The notes: generated from the letters alone by a model not told the origin. A DNA stretch of 64,000 nt from Bacteroidota bacterium (GCA_026391795.1 JAPLDI010000023.1:66269-130268); one strand, 5' to 3'; shown: positions 8,956-18,938, counted from the first letter of the stretch. Translations and numbers: made by a program.

Positions 8956-9930
8956 ATGAGCAAGGTAAAGTACAAATTCAATAAAAAATCTCTTACTTTC
9001 GACCGTGTCCAGACTACCTTCAGGAAACGGTTGTGGTACTTCTTTACACATTTGTCATCCGGTGTGGTGTTCTCTGCTGTGGTGCTTGTGCTGGCCTTTA
9101 ACCTGATCGATTCACCGAAGGAAAAAGCCCAGAAACGGGAAATCGAACAGATGAAACTGCAGTTCCGGATCCTGAACGACCAGCTTGACCAGGCTACCAA
9201 AGTAATGGCAGACCTTCGCGACCGCGACGACAATATTTACCGTGTGATCTTTGAAGCCGAGCCCATTCCGGGTTCGATACGGGAAGCCGGGATCGGGGGT
9301 GCCGACCGGTATGAAAAGATAAAGGGCTATAAGAACTCTGACCTGATCATCGAGACCGAGAAAAAGATGGACAAGATCCTCGGGGAACTTTATGTTCAGT
9401 CAAAATCATTTGACGAGGTATTCGACCTGGCAAAGAATAAAGAACGGATGCTGGTAAGCATCCCGGCCATCCAGCCGCTGAGCAACCATGACCTGCGGAG
9501 GATCGGCTCCTATTTCGGAACGAGGATGGATCCTTTCTATAAGGTGCGTAAGTTCCACGAAGGAATGGATTTCTCGGCATCGATCGGGACCGAAGTTTAT
9601 GCTACCGGCAACGGGACCATTGAAATGGCAGGACATGACGATGGCGGAGGATATGGAAATGAGATCATCATTGATCACGGGTACAGTTACAAAACGGTTT
9701 ATGCCCATCTTTCGAGGATCTTTGTCAAACCCGGACAGAAAATATTACGTGGCCAGATCATCGGTTATGTGGGCAATACCGGCAAATCGACCTCCCCGCA
9801 CCTTCATTATGAGGTGAGAAAGAATGGGGTTCCCATCAACCCCATCTATTTCTTCTTCAACGACCTGACGGCCGATCAGTACCAGATGATGCTCGATCTC
9901 TCGTCGCGTCCCTCGCAAACCATGGATTAA
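8956..9930 (+). CDS. M23 family metallopeptidase
   Basis: 324 aa with an N-terminal TM helix. Canonical HEGMD (HxxxD) and GNTGKSTSPHLHYEV (HxH) motifs. Confidence 0.9.
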   Translation: MSKVKYKFNKKSLTFDRVQTTFRKRLWYFFTHLSSGVVFSAVVLVLAFNLIDSPKEKAQKREIEQMKLQFRILNDQLDQATKVMADLRDRDDNIYRVIFEAEPIPGSIREAGIGGADRYEKIKGYKNSDLIIETEKKMDKILGELYVQSKSFDEVFDLAKNKERMLVSIPAIQPLSNHDLRRIGSYFGTRMDPFYKVRKFHEGMDFSASIGTEVYATGNGTIEMAGHDDGGGYGNEIIIDHGYSYKTVYAHLSRIFVKPGQKILRGQIIGYVGNTGKSTSPHLHYEVRKNGVPINPIYFFFNDLTADQYQMMLDLSSRPSQTMD

Positions 9931-9945
9931 TCGTTTTGACCAGGG

Positions 9946-10281
9946 ATGAAACCGTCCGGAAAAATAGAGAAGCTTTATTACACCATCGGGGAGGTTGCCG
10001 AGTTGTTTGAGGTGAATGCTTCCCTGATCCGTTTCTGGGAAACTGAATTTGATTTTCTTAATCCGCAGAAAAATAGAAAAGGGAACAGGCTGTTTACAAA
10101 AGAGGATATCAATAAACTCAAGCTCATCTATCATCTGGTTAAAGAAAAAGGGTATACACTGCAGGGCGCGCGCGATAAGATCAAAAATAACATGGAAGAT
10201 GTGGAGAAGCAGGTTGCGATCCTTGATTCCCTGGAGCGGATCAAAGGTTTCATGCTGGAACTGAAAAAGGATCTTTCATGA
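9946..10281 (+). CDS. MerR family transcriptional regulator
   Basis: 111 aa. YYTIGEVAELFEVNASLIRFWE is the MerR-type HTH. Confidence 0.85.
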   Translation: MKPSGKIEKLYYTIGEVAELFEVNASLIRFWETEFDFLNPQKNRKGNRLFTKEDINKLKLIYHLVKEKGYTLQGARDKIKNNMEDVEKQVAILDSLERIKGFMLELKKDLS

Positions 10282-10643
10282 AGAAGGAAAAGGAACCGGG
10301 GAATGAAACTTCCTTCTTTGATAAGGTTTATGATATTGTTCGAAAGATCCCTTCCGGAAGGGTGACCTCTTACGGGGCAATCGCAGAATATTTGGGAACC
10401 CGTGGTTCTGCCCGCATGGTGGGCTGGGCAATGAACAGTTCCCATACAAAAACCTCCCGTATTCCGGCTCACAGGGTGGTGAACCGGGTCGGACTGCTGA
10501 CAGGGAAGCATCATTTCGGCGGGATGAAGGTTATGCAGCAGCTGCTTGAAAGTGAAGGGATCGAAATTGAAGAGGATAAAATTGTAAAGTTTGACACGGT
10601 CTTCTGGGATCCGAAAAAAGAGTTGAACAAAAAAAGAAAATAG
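10278..10643 (+). CDS. MGMT-fold alkyltransferase-like (ATL) protein
   Basis: 121 aa. IPSGRVTSYGAIA, RMVGWAM, and IPAHRVV where PCHRV is expected (Cys to Ala). The start overlaps the MerR stop (ATGA). Confidence 0.75.
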   Translation: MKKEKEPGNETSFFDKVYDIVRKIPSGRVTSYGAIAEYLGTRGSARMVGWAMNSSHTKTSRIPAHRVVNRVGLLTGKHHFGGMKVMQQLLESEGIEIEEDKIVKFDTVFWDPKKELNKKRK

Positions 10644-10684
10644 CAGTACACCCGGATAGATTGATGGGGATAGTAATATTACCG

Positions 10685-10760
10685 CTAAGTCGCTAAGACG
10701 CAAAGGACACAAAATGCTGTATACTATATAGCGCCTTGGCGTCTTCGCGGTAAAAGAAAA
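10685..10760. repeat. Hairpin-type dispersed repeat
   Basis: gctaagacgcaaagg and ccttggcgtcttcgc are imperfect inverted arms. gcgtcttcgcggtaaaag matches 983-1003. Confidence 0.65.
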
Positions 10761-10775
10761 TAATAACTACAGATA

Positions 10776-11858
10776 ATGACAAAAGAACAGATATTAGAAG
10801 CATTAAAGAATGTTCAGGATCCCGATCTGAAAAAAGATCTGGTCACCCTGAACATGATCCAGGATATAGCGATCGACGGGAAGAAGGTAAAATTCACACT
10901 GGTTCTTACTACTCCGGCATGTCCCCTGAAGGATTTCCTCAAAAAACAATGTAAGGATGCGATCCTGAAACAGGTCGATCCATATGCTGAAGTGGAGATT
11001 GAACTGTCATCGCAGGTAACCACTGCCCGGAAACAGACGGAAGAACTGCTGAAGGATGTGAAGAACATCATCGCTGTCGGCTCCGGCAAAGGCGGTGTGG
11101 GGAAATCGACCGTCGCGGTCAATCTTGCAGTTGCCCTGGCGAATACAGGGGCGAAAGTCGGACTGATGGATGCCGACATCTACGGTCCTTCGATCCCCAT
11201 CATGTTCGGCCTCCAGAAGGAACCGCCCCACATGGTTGAACGGGACGGGAAGACCTGGATCATGCCCGTTGAAAAATTCGGGCTGAAAGTACTCTCGATC
11301 GGGTTTTTTGTTGATCAGTCGAAAGCGCTGATCTGGCGCGGACCGATGATCTCCAGCGCGCTGAAACAGCTGCTCACGGAAGCCATCTGGGGAGAGCTCG
11401 ACTACATGGTGATCGATCTTCCCCCGGGAACCGGCGACATTCCCCTGACCCTGATCCAGAATTTCCCGCTTACGGGTGCCATTATCGTCAGCACGCCACA
11501 GGAGATGGCCCTTGCGGATGTGCGAAAAGCCGCCGATATGTTCAACACCGATACCATCCGGATCCCCATCCTGGGACTGGTGGAAAATATGTCGTATTTC
11601 GTTCCGCCCGATATGCCGGAAAAGAAATATTACATTTTCGGAGAGAGCGGCTGTACAAAACTGGCAAAAGAACTATCGATACCGCTGCTCGGACAGATTC
11701 CCATCGTAACCGCCATCTCTGAAGCAGGTGACAAGGGAAGTCCCATCGCAACCGATAAAAAGTCACTGGTGACCCGGGCTTTTGCCGAAGTTGCAGAAAC
11801 AGTTGCCCAGCAGGTGGCCATCCAGAATGCAATAAATGAATCGCTTGGAGTAAAGTAA
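10776..11858 (+). CDS. Mrp/NBP35 (ApbC) Fe-S cluster carrier ATPase
   Basis: 360 aa. N-terminal DUF59-like region, GSGKGGVGKST P-loop and a CPxC-type region. Confidence 0.9.
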   Translation: MTKEQILEALKNVQDPDLKKDLVTLNMIQDIAIDGKKVKFTLVLTTPACPLKDFLKKQCKDAILKQVDPYAEVEIELSSQVTTARKQTEELLKDVKNIIAVGSGKGGVGKSTVAVNLAVALANTGAKVGLMDADIYGPSIPIMFGLQKEPPHMVERDGKTWIMPVEKFGLKVLSIGFFVDQSKALIWRGPMISSALKQLLTEAIWGELDYMVIDLPPGTGDIPLTLIQNFPLTGAIIVSTPQEMALADVRKAADMFNTDTIRIPILGLVENMSYFVPPDMPEKKYYIFGESGCTKLAKELSIPLLGQIPIVTAISEAGDKGSPIATDKKSLVTRAFAEVAETVAQQVAIQNAINESLGVK

Positions 11859-11865
11859 ACACACT

Positions 11866-11914
11866 CATTCTCTTCCTATCCTTGAGGAGAGGGGCCTGGG
11901 GGTGAGGTGATTGA
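11866..11914. repeat. GC-rich dispersed repeat (ggagaggggcc..gggggtgaggtg)
   Basis: The right half matches the 16766-16816 copy: gaggagaggggcctgggggtgaggtg versus caggagaaggggccgggggttgaggtg. Confidence 0.7.
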
Positions 11915-11977
11915 GAAAATATCAAAATCAATAAACAACATTATTCATTCGACAAAAAATAACAAGGAACAGTAACT

Positions 11978-12226
11978 ATGACAGCAGCCAATCAGGAACT
12001 CGAAACCAAAGTAAAGAATGTACTGGATCAGATTCGTCCTTATCTTCAGGCCGACGGCGGAGATGTTGAATTTATCGAGATGACCGACGAAAAGGTCGTG
12101 AATGTAAGGTTACTCGGAATGTGCGGAAATTGCCCCCACAGCCAGATGACGCTGAAAAGCGGGATTGAGGCAGCCGTGAAGCGCGTTCTGCCCGAGATCA
12201 GTGCAGTGGAATCGGTGATTGAATAA
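11978..12226 (+). CDS. NifU-like (Nfu C-terminal domain) protein
   Basis: 82 aa. IRPYLQADGGDVEF and CGNCPHS motifs. Confidence 0.85.
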   Translation: MTAANQELETKVKNVLDQIRPYLQADGGDVEFIEMTDEKVVNVRLLGMCGNCPHSQMTLKSGIEAAVKRVLPEISAVESVIE

Positions 12227-12237
12227 GCAATCTGCTT

Positions 12238-13887
12238 TCAGGAGAGATATTTTCCAACAATAGGCATCCTGCGGCCGGTTCCGAACGCCTTGGGGGAGAC
12301 CCTCAGGATGGGAGGTGTCTGGTAACGCTTGTATTCGCTCGTGTTGACAAGTCTCAGCACACGTTTCACCAGGACCGGATCAAACCCTTCTCTGATCAGT
12401 TCATTCGGCCCTTTTCTCAATTCGATATAGCCGTAAAGAATCCTGTCGAGTACATCGTATTCCGGCAGCGAATCGGAATCTTTTTGACCCGGTCTCAGCT
12501 CGGCTGAGGGAGGCTTGGTGATGGTGTTTTGCGGGATGATCTCCTTTTTCCGGTTGATGTATTCAGCCAGCTCATAAACCTGGGTCTTGTAAAGATCACC
12601 GAGTACCGAGATGCCCCCGCACATATCGCCATAGAGTGTTCCATAACCAACGGCAGCTTCGCTTTTATTGGAAGTGTTGAGCAGGATGTACCCGAACTTA
12701 TTCGACAATGCCATCAGGATGACCGCCCTGGCCCGTGCCTGCATGTTTTCTTCCGCGAGATTGAACGGGAGGTCTTTAAAATAAGGTTTCAGTGTATCTT
12801 CAAGCGCCCCGAATGCTTCATCGATGGCAATGATATCGTGCCTGACATTCAGCCGGTCGGCAAGTTCAACAGCATCCTGTTTGCTGTGTTCCGATGAAAA
12901 CCGGGAAGGGAGAAGGATGGCACGTACATTGTCGCACCCCAGTGCCTTTGCTGCCAGGACCAGCGTCACCGCCGAATCGATTCCACCTGAAAGGCCAAGT
13001 ATAGCTGTTTTCAGTTCCATCTTCCCGAAATAATCACAAATCCCCATGACCAGCGCATCATGGATCAGCTCTATCTTACTTTGCGCCTTCGCGTCTTTGC
13101 GGTTCTCATTTTTATCCTTGTAATCAAAATCATTGAGATTGTAAACCTGAAGATCCTCTTCAAAATACTTCATCTCATCGAAGACATTCCCCTGCGGATC
13201 AATCACCATCGATCCGCCGTCGAACAGGAGTTCCGTTTGTCCCCCCACATGGTTCAGGTAAAAGAACGGGAGTTTGTACTTCACGGCATTTTTTACCAGG
13301 ATATCCTTCCGGATGGCCGGCTGGTCATAATGAAAGGGAGAAGCTGCAATGTTGATGACCAGGTCGGGATTCAGCTGGATCAGCTCATCCATCGGGTTCC
13401 TGACATAGAGAGGATCATCGGCTATGTTCCAGAGATCTTCGCAGATGGTGACGGCAAATTTGTATTTTTTATATTCGACCACCGCATAGGGTAACCGGTT
13501 GGGCTCAAAATACCGGTACTCATCAAAGACATCATAATTGGGAAGAAGGGTCTTGTGAAAGACCGACCGGATCTTCCCGTCAGCAAGAAAATAGGCTGAG
13601 TTGTACAGGGGTTTTCCTTTGTCGGATGGATTCACCGAGGGTGCCCCCACGATTACCGCAATATCCCTGCACTCTTCGGCGATGGAGAGGATCGCTTTGT
13701 GGCAGCTCGAGATAAAATCGTCAAATTCCAGGAAGTCACGCGGGGGGTATCCGCAGACCGCCAGTTCTGAAAATACAACGACATCGGCAGGAAGCTCCTT
13801 TGCCTTGCGGATGGCGGATTTGATCTGGGCGATGTTGTTCTCAAAATCCCCGATGTGGTAATTCAGCTGTGCTAAGGCGATACGCAT
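12238..13887 (-). CDS. nadE: Glutamine-dependent NAD+ synthase
   Basis: 549 aa. N-terminal nitrilase/CN-hydrolase domain (FSELAVCGYPP, CEDLW) and C-terminal synthetase domain (GLSGGIDS). Confidence 0.93.
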   Translation of the reverse strand: MRIALAQLNYHIGDFENNIAQIKSAIRKAKELPADVVVFSELAVCGYPPRDFLEFDDFISSCHKAILSIAEECRDIAVIVGAPSVNPSDKGKPLYNSAYFLADGKIRSVFHKTLLPNYDVFDEYRYFEPNRLPYAVVEYKKYKFAVTICEDLWNIADDPLYVRNPMDELIQLNPDLVINIAASPFHYDQPAIRKDILVKNAVKYKLPFFYLNHVGGQTELLFDGGSMVIDPQGNVFDEMKYFEEDLQVYNLNDFDYKDKNENRKDAKAQSKIELIHDALVMGICDYFGKMELKTAILGLSGGIDSAVTLVLAAKALGCDNVRAILLPSRFSSEHSKQDAVELADRLNVRHDIIAIDEAFGALEDTLKPYFKDLPFNLAEENMQARARAVILMALSNKFGYILLNTSNKSEAAVGYGTLYGDMCGGISVLGDLYKTQVYELAEYINRKKEIIPQNTITKPPSAELRPGQKDSDSLPEYDVLDRILYGYIELRKGPNELIREGFDPVLVKRVLRLVNTSEYKRYQTPPILRVSPKAFGTGRRMPIVGKYLS

Positions 13888-13906
13888 TTCTGATCCTTTT
13901 TCTGCA

Positions 13907-14596
13907 TTAAAAAAGTACGCCGATATTCAGTTCGACATAATTCAGGCTGCTCCGGTTCGTAAGGGTGGGGTCCTTGGTATTTTTCCCCTGCAAAACATTG
14001 TTCAGGCTGTTGCTGTATGAGATTCCCAATAATAACGAAACAGATTCATCAATCTTGTATTCGGCACCCAAACCGGCAAGGATGGCTTCCCGGATAAAAC
14101 TTACTTCGCTGGCGCTGAGGTTCTTTTTATCCGTGATCGTCTCCTGTGTCGAGGTCCTGAAATCATCTTTTACCTTGGTGCGGAGGTTGAACCCGGTACC
14201 GAACCCGATCTGTCCGTAGAAACTGAAATTTCCATATTCCCTCGTCTTCATCTTGATCATCAGCGGTATTTCTAGGTACCGGAAACTGTAATTTCTGTCA
14301 AGGATGCCGGTATCGGGGGCTTCCGCATTCGGATAGCTCAGGTTGCCACCGAGAAACGAAAAATTGAAGCCGGTGGAGAAGGCATAATGCTCTGCAAAGC
14401 CAAAATCACAGATGAACCCGAACGATACGCCGGCTTTTGGTCCGTTGTAATTGTATCCCGTTTCGTTCGGGTTCATCCACCCGAGGCTGGGGGCTATCTT
14501 GAGCCCGAGCCGGATCGGAGATTGTTGTGAAACCGCCTGGTTGGCAAGCAACAGGGCCAGGAAAATTGTCAGAAACCGGATTGTAATTTTTACCAT
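13907..14596 (-). CDS. Outer-membrane beta-barrel protein (PorT-like/PF13568-type)
   Basis: 229 aa. Signal peptide, alternating beta-strand pattern, C-terminal NIGVLF. Confidence 0.6.
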   Translation of the reverse strand: MVKITIRFLTIFLALLLANQAVSQQSPIRLGLKIAPSLGWMNPNETGYNYNGPKAGVSFGFICDFGFAEHYAFSTGFNFSFLGGNLSYPNAEAPDTGILDRNYSFRYLEIPLMIKMKTREYGNFSFYGQIGFGTGFNLRTKVKDDFRTSTQETITDKKNLSASEVSFIREAILAGLGAEYKIDESVSLLLGISYSNSLNNVLQGKNTKDPTLTNRSSLNYVELNIGVLF

Positions 14597-14717
14597 GGTT
14601 CAATGATTTGTTTATAGCAACAAAGGTGCATTTTAACAAAAATACAGTTTTCATACCAGTGCCGGGAAGTAGCTCCGGGGATTTTATTAAAAAGTAATCA
14701 ACGGCTTTATTCAATTG

Positions 14718-14866
14718 CGAATTACAGATTACGAATTAGGAATTGATGCTGGATGCTGGATGCTGGATGCTGGATGCTGGATGCTGGAATAACCTGCTAA
14801 GGTAATTATTCCATCTTACCTCTGACCTCCATCCTCTATCCTCCATCTTCAATCCTCGATCCTCGT
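14718..14866. repeat. Composite heptamer array (CGAATTA x4, GATGCTG x6 perfect, spacer, TCCTCCA-type x8)
   Basis: Six perfect GATGCTG copies at 14745-14786. Opposite arm at 14811-14866, whose reverse complement reads GGATGGA/GGATAGA. Confidence 0.9.
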
Positions 14867-14876
14867 AAATTCGTAC

Positions 14877-14884
14877 TATATTTG
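14877..14884 (+). promoter_or_regulatory. -7 promoter motif TATATTTG
   Basis: Matches TAnnTTTG 34 nt upstream of the GTG start at 14919. Confidence 0.4.
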
Positions 14885-14918
14885 GGAAAATTTCGTTAAG
14901 GATAAAAACAATTACTTC

Positions 14919-15920
14919 GTGAAACTCTTCCGTATTACATTTTTCCTGAGCATTGTTATCGCCTTCGGTGGGTGTAACTGGCAAAAAAACCGTCTCCAGG
15001 TGGATGTTTCCGGTGTCGGTGTGCCCGATGTCAGGATCCACCGGTATGATGTGGATCTGTTCAAGGTTCCTGTCTCCAATCTGAAAAACGGACTGGAACA
15101 GATCCAGAATTCCTATTACTTTTTTCTCGGTACCGATCTTGGTGATCCAAAAAAGCTCGATGAAATGAGGGCCTACCTGGAGAATCCGCGGACCATTGAT
15201 TTTCAGAAGGCGAGTGAAATCCGATTCAAGGATCTTTCGAAAGTTGAGAAGGATCTGACGGATGCTTTCCGTCACTGGAAATACTATTATCCTGATATCC
15301 GGATCCCGAGAGTGTACTCGTATATCTCAGGCGGTGACTATTCCAGCCCGGTCCAGCTGGTCGACAGTGTCATGATCATCGGGCTGGATAATTATCTCGG
15401 CAAGGATTTCAAGCCCTATTTATCCGATCAGCTTGCACTCTATAAAGCAGAGAGGATGACGGAAGATCACATCGTTCCCGATTGTGCCAGGGAGATCGTC
15501 AATGCCATGTACCCGGAGACGGTCGCCCCCAACACACTTCTGGGAGGAATGGTGGAGGCGGGTAAAAGGCAGTATTTCGTTGATGCCCTCATCCCTGACA
15601 TCCCCGGTTACCTGAAGCTGGATTACACCAAAGCACAATACACATGGGCTGAAAAAAACGAAACGCATGTCTGGGCAGCCCTTGTTGAAAACCAGATGCT
15701 CTATTCAACCGATGGACAGTATTTTCGGATGTTCCTGGCCGACGGACCGTATACCATGGAGTTTTCCAAAGATTCCCCGCCGCGGCTCGGCGAATGGATC
15801 GGCCTGCAGATCATCCGTTCCTACATGCAGAAGAATCCGGAAGTAACCCTGCAGATGATGATGCAGGAAACGGATGCGCAGAAGATCCTCACCCTGTCGG
15901 GATACAAGCCTGAAAAATAG
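14919..15920 (+). CDS. gldB: Gliding-motility lipoprotein GldB-like
   Basis: 333 aa with a GTG start and lipobox AFGGC. C-terminal SPPRLGEWIGLQIIRSYM...SGYKPEK resembles GldB as I recall it. Confidence 0.65.
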   Translation: MKLFRITFFLSIVIAFGGCNWQKNRLQVDVSGVGVPDVRIHRYDVDLFKVPVSNLKNGLEQIQNSYYFFLGTDLGDPKKLDEMRAYLENPRTIDFQKASEIRFKDLSKVEKDLTDAFRHWKYYYPDIRIPRVYSYISGGDYSSPVQLVDSVMIIGLDNYLGKDFKPYLSDQLALYKAERMTEDHIVPDCAREIVNAMYPETVAPNTLLGGMVEAGKRQYFVDALIPDIPGYLKLDYTKAQYTWAEKNETHVWAALVENQMLYSTDGQYFRMFLADGPYTMEFSKDSPPRLGEWIGLQIIRSYMQKNPEVTLQMMMQETDAQKILTLSGYKPEK

Positions 15921-16002
15921 GAACCGGCAACCGATTTTTTTTACTTTCTTTTGGAAGAACAAGCATAATCTGATTAAATTTATCTCTTTAAATCTGATCG
16001 GT

Positions 16003-16677
16003 ATGAGACATGGAACAAAGATATTCACGTGCTCACTGGCTGTTCTGGCTTTGCTGTTCCTGCTCACCAGCAGTTGCAAAAAGAAGTCAGGCGATGAGAC
16101 CGGAGAATCCCAGGCGGTAACCGTAACGGATATTGATGGCAATGTTTACAACACTGTCAAAATCGGAAGCCAGTTGTGGATGGCAGAAAATCTGAAAACG
16201 ACCCGGTACCGGAACGGAGATCCGATAACCCATGTAACTGACAATACGCAATGGTCGAACCTGTTGACCGGCGCTTATTGCGACTATAATCTGATATACG
16301 GCAGACTTTACAACTGGTATGCAGTGAGCGATGGCCGGCATATCTGTCCGGCGGGCTGGCATGTACCCACTGATGCTGAATGGACACAATTGCAAGCGTT
16401 TCTGGGAGGGTTTGACGTTGCAGGCGGCAAAATGAAAGAAGCCGGTACCATCCATTGGAATGGCCCGAACACAGGGGCAACCAATGAATCTGGTTTTACG
16501 GCTCTTCCCGGCAGAATGCGAAGCTGGGATGGATCCTTCAGTTCCATTGGTATTTATGCTAACCTTTGGAGTTCGACCGAATCATGGGGCTGGTATGTTT
16601 TTTACAACAGTACCTACTTTGGACATGGCACATCAAAAAACGTCGAGGGGTTCTCTGTTCGTTGCCTGAAGGATTAA
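16003..16677 (+). CDS. Lipoprotein with FISUMP (Fibrobacter succinogenes major paralogous) domain
   Basis: Start moved to ATG 16003 (MRHGTKIF..LTSSC lipobox). DGNVYNTVKIGSQLWMAENL, YGRLYNWYAV, CPAGWHVPTDAEW, NESGFTALPG and FSVRCLKD motifs. Confidence 0.85.
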   Translation: MRHGTKIFTCSLAVLALLFLLTSSCKKKSGDETGESQAVTVTDIDGNVYNTVKIGSQLWMAENLKTTRYRNGDPITHVTDNTQWSNLLTGAYCDYNLIYGRLYNWYAVSDGRHICPAGWHVPTDAEWTQLQAFLGGFDVAGGKMKEAGTIHWNGPNTGATNESGFTALPGRMRSWDGSFSSIGIYANLWSSTESWGWYVFYNSTYFGHGTSKNVEGFSVRCLKD

Positions 16678-16765
16678 AGACGATCCGGGCTGTTTTCCGA
16701 TACTTTTTTTATCCATGTTGACCAGGCTGGAGAATCCATGTTCACCGAACGGTATTTAATCTGCC

Positions 16766-16816
16766 TCATCCCCTGCACCCCTTCTCTTCAGGAGAAGGGG
16801 CCGGGGGTTGAGGTGT
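16766..16816. repeat. GC-rich hairpin repeat
   Basis: Perfect 9-bp stem ccccttctc/gagaagggg (16778-16800), followed by gccgggggttgaggtg. Paralog of 11866-11914. Confidence 0.75.
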
Positions 16817-16987
16817 ATGGGTTAATCCCCCGTCGCTTTCGAAGATTTTAAAATCACTTTCCCAATTGTGACCTCGTTGTTTTTTGGCGAGGAGATGCAT
16901 TTGTTCAAAAAAAAATTTCCCAAAACGTATTACCTTTTCATTTTTTCCGGATTAAGGGAATAGAATTCTCAACCTTATCCGGTTTTT

Positions 16988-18526
16988 ATGTTAGTCAGAA
17001 CATTCGGAAGCGCCCTCTACGGTATCCACGCCATTACGATCACCATTGAAGTCTGCATCGACCAGGGGATTAATTTCTTCATGGTCGGGTTGCCCGACAA
17101 TGCCGTGAAGGAGAGCCATCAGCGGATCGATTCGGCCCTGCGGAACACGGGATACAAAATTCCCGGGAAGAAGATCGTCATCAACATGGCGCCGGCAGAT
17201 ATCCGCAAGGAAGGCTCCTCCTACGATCTTACCATAGCCGTTGCCATCCTTGCGGCCGACAAGATCGTGAACATGGATAAGCTGGAATCGTTCATGATCC
17301 TAGGGGAACTGTCGCTGGACGGGAGTCTCCAGCCCATGAAAGGAGCGCTTCCGATCGCGATTGAAGCAAACAGGAGGGGATTTAAAGGGATCATTCTTCC
17401 GTTACAAAATGCCAAGGAGGCAGCCATTGTGGGGAAGCTGGAAGTTTACGGGGTTGAGAATATAAAACAGGTCATCGATTTTCTGAATGATACCGGGAAT
17501 CTGGAACGGGTGACCGTGGATACCCGTGAGATTTTTTATTCGAAGCTGAATGAGTATGAATTTGATTTTGCAGATGTCAGGGGGCAGGAGAATATCAAAA
17601 GGGCGTTGGAAATCGCAGCAGCGGGGGGACACAATGTCATTTTGATTGGGCCGCCGGGGGCTGGTAAGACGATGTTGGCAAAGAGGCTGCCTTCGATCCT
17701 GCCACCCTTGAATCTGCACGAGGCACTTGAAACCACCAAGATCCATTCGGTGGCCGGGAAAATATCACAACACAATTCACTGGTGTCCGTCAGGCCGTTC
17801 AGGTCGCCGCACCATACCATCAGCGATGTGGCGCTTGTTGGTGGAGGGGGGATTCCTCAGCCGGGAGAGATCTCCATGGCGCACAACGGGGTTTTGTTCC
17901 TTGACGAACTTCCCGAGTTCAAACGATCGGTACTGGAGGTTTTGCGGCAGCCGTTAGAGGACCGTGTCGTGACCATCTCCAGGGCAAAGTTCACGGTTGA
18001 CTACCCGGCGAGCTTCATGCTTGTGGCCGCAATGAACCCCTGTCCGTGCGGATATTACAATCACCCGCAGATCGAATGCAAGTGCGGGGCAGGCAATGTT
18101 CAGAAGTACCTGAGCAAGATCTCCGGCCCGCTTTTCGACCGCATCGACATTCATGTGGAGGTGATCCCGGTACCCTTTCGGGAGCTCACCGATTCCCGGC
18201 AATCTGAAAAAAGCGAGAAAATTCGCGCCAGGGTCATAGAGGCTCGCCAGATCCAGGAAAAAAGGTTTGAAGGGTTGCCCGGAATCTATTGCAATGCACA
18301 GATGTCGGCAAAGATGGTGCGCAAGGTATGCCAGCTGAACGAAGCCTCCAGTCATCTGCTGAAAACCGCCATGGAGAAACTCGGTCTTTCCGCCCGTGCC
18401 TTCGACCGGATCCTGAAGGTGTCAAGGACCATCGCAGATATTGATAAAAAGGAAGATATCAAGGCCGAACATCTCGCAGAAGCGATACAGTACAGAAGTC
18501 TTGACCGCGACAACTGGGGGAAGTGA
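16988..18526 (+). CDS. yifB: YifB/ComM family Mg-chelatase-like AAA+ ATPase
   Basis: 512 aa. N-terminal Lon-protease-like domain, [21 protein letters not shown]. Confidence 0.92.
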   Translation: MLVRTFGSALYGIHAITITIEVCIDQGINFFMVGLPDNAVKESHQRIDSALRNTGYKIPGKKIVINMAPADIRKEGSSYDLTIAVAILAADKIVNMDKLESFMILGELSLDGSLQPMKGALPIAIEANRRGFKGIILPLQNAKEAAIVGKLEVYGVENIKQVIDFLNDTGNLERVTVDTREIFYSKLNEYEFDFADVRGQENIKRALEIAAAGGHNVILIGPPGAGKTMLAKRLPSILPPLNLHEALETTKIHSVAGKISQHNSLVSVRPFRSPHHTISDVALVGGGGIPQPGEISMAHNGVLFLDELPEFKRSVLEVLRQPLEDRVVTISRAKFTVDYPASFMLVAAMNPCPCGYYNHPQIECKCGAGNVQKYLSKISGPLFDRIDIHVEVIPVPFRELTDSRQSEKSEKIRARVIEARQIQEKRFEGLPGIYCNAQMSAKMVRKVCQLNEASSHLLKTAMEKLGLSARAFDRILKVSRTIADIDKKEDIKAEHLAEAIQYRSLDRDNWGK

Positions 18527-18938
18527 TCCGCCCCCATCCCTGGCCCTTCCCTCCGATCCTTCCCCATGATTTCACAATATGTGAAAAATGTAAGAATTTC
18601 TTATAAATGTGTAATGCTTCGGAATTAAACATCCCGACCTTTGTGTTATAAGGAAACTATCAGGTACGAAAAAAGTCAATCTGATTTTCCCTGTTGGATT
18701 GATTATGTTATTCCTGTTGGGTTTGTCATCATATTTGGCCCCACCAGGAGGACATAAGCATGAGAATGGCAACTCAAAAAGGCCGAAAGAATTCAATTCA
18801 GCCTCATCAGATAGATTCACCAATGCCTCGTCAAGGCCATGACAAGACAAAGTGATAAATTCCACCTGAATATCATTAATCCGTATAAATGGTTATACCG
18901 GAAAGCATGGTTAAGAATAATCACCAAAATTCATCATC

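Noticed and set aside
12918-12932. Sigma-54-like element TGGCACGTACATTGT.
   Set aside because: It lies inside nadE on the antisense strand, has TTGT rather than TTGC, and has no downstream gene. It is most likely chance.
14736-15275. 179-aa minus-strand ORF.
   Set aside because: Its 3' part is a translation of the heptamer arrays (..HPASSIQHPASS..). The rest is antisense to the gldB-like gene.
15874-16002. Upstream extension of the FISUMP lipoprotein ORF overlapping the gldB 3' end.
   Set aside because: The ATG at 16003 yields a canonical lipoprotein signal peptide, and the extension has no support.
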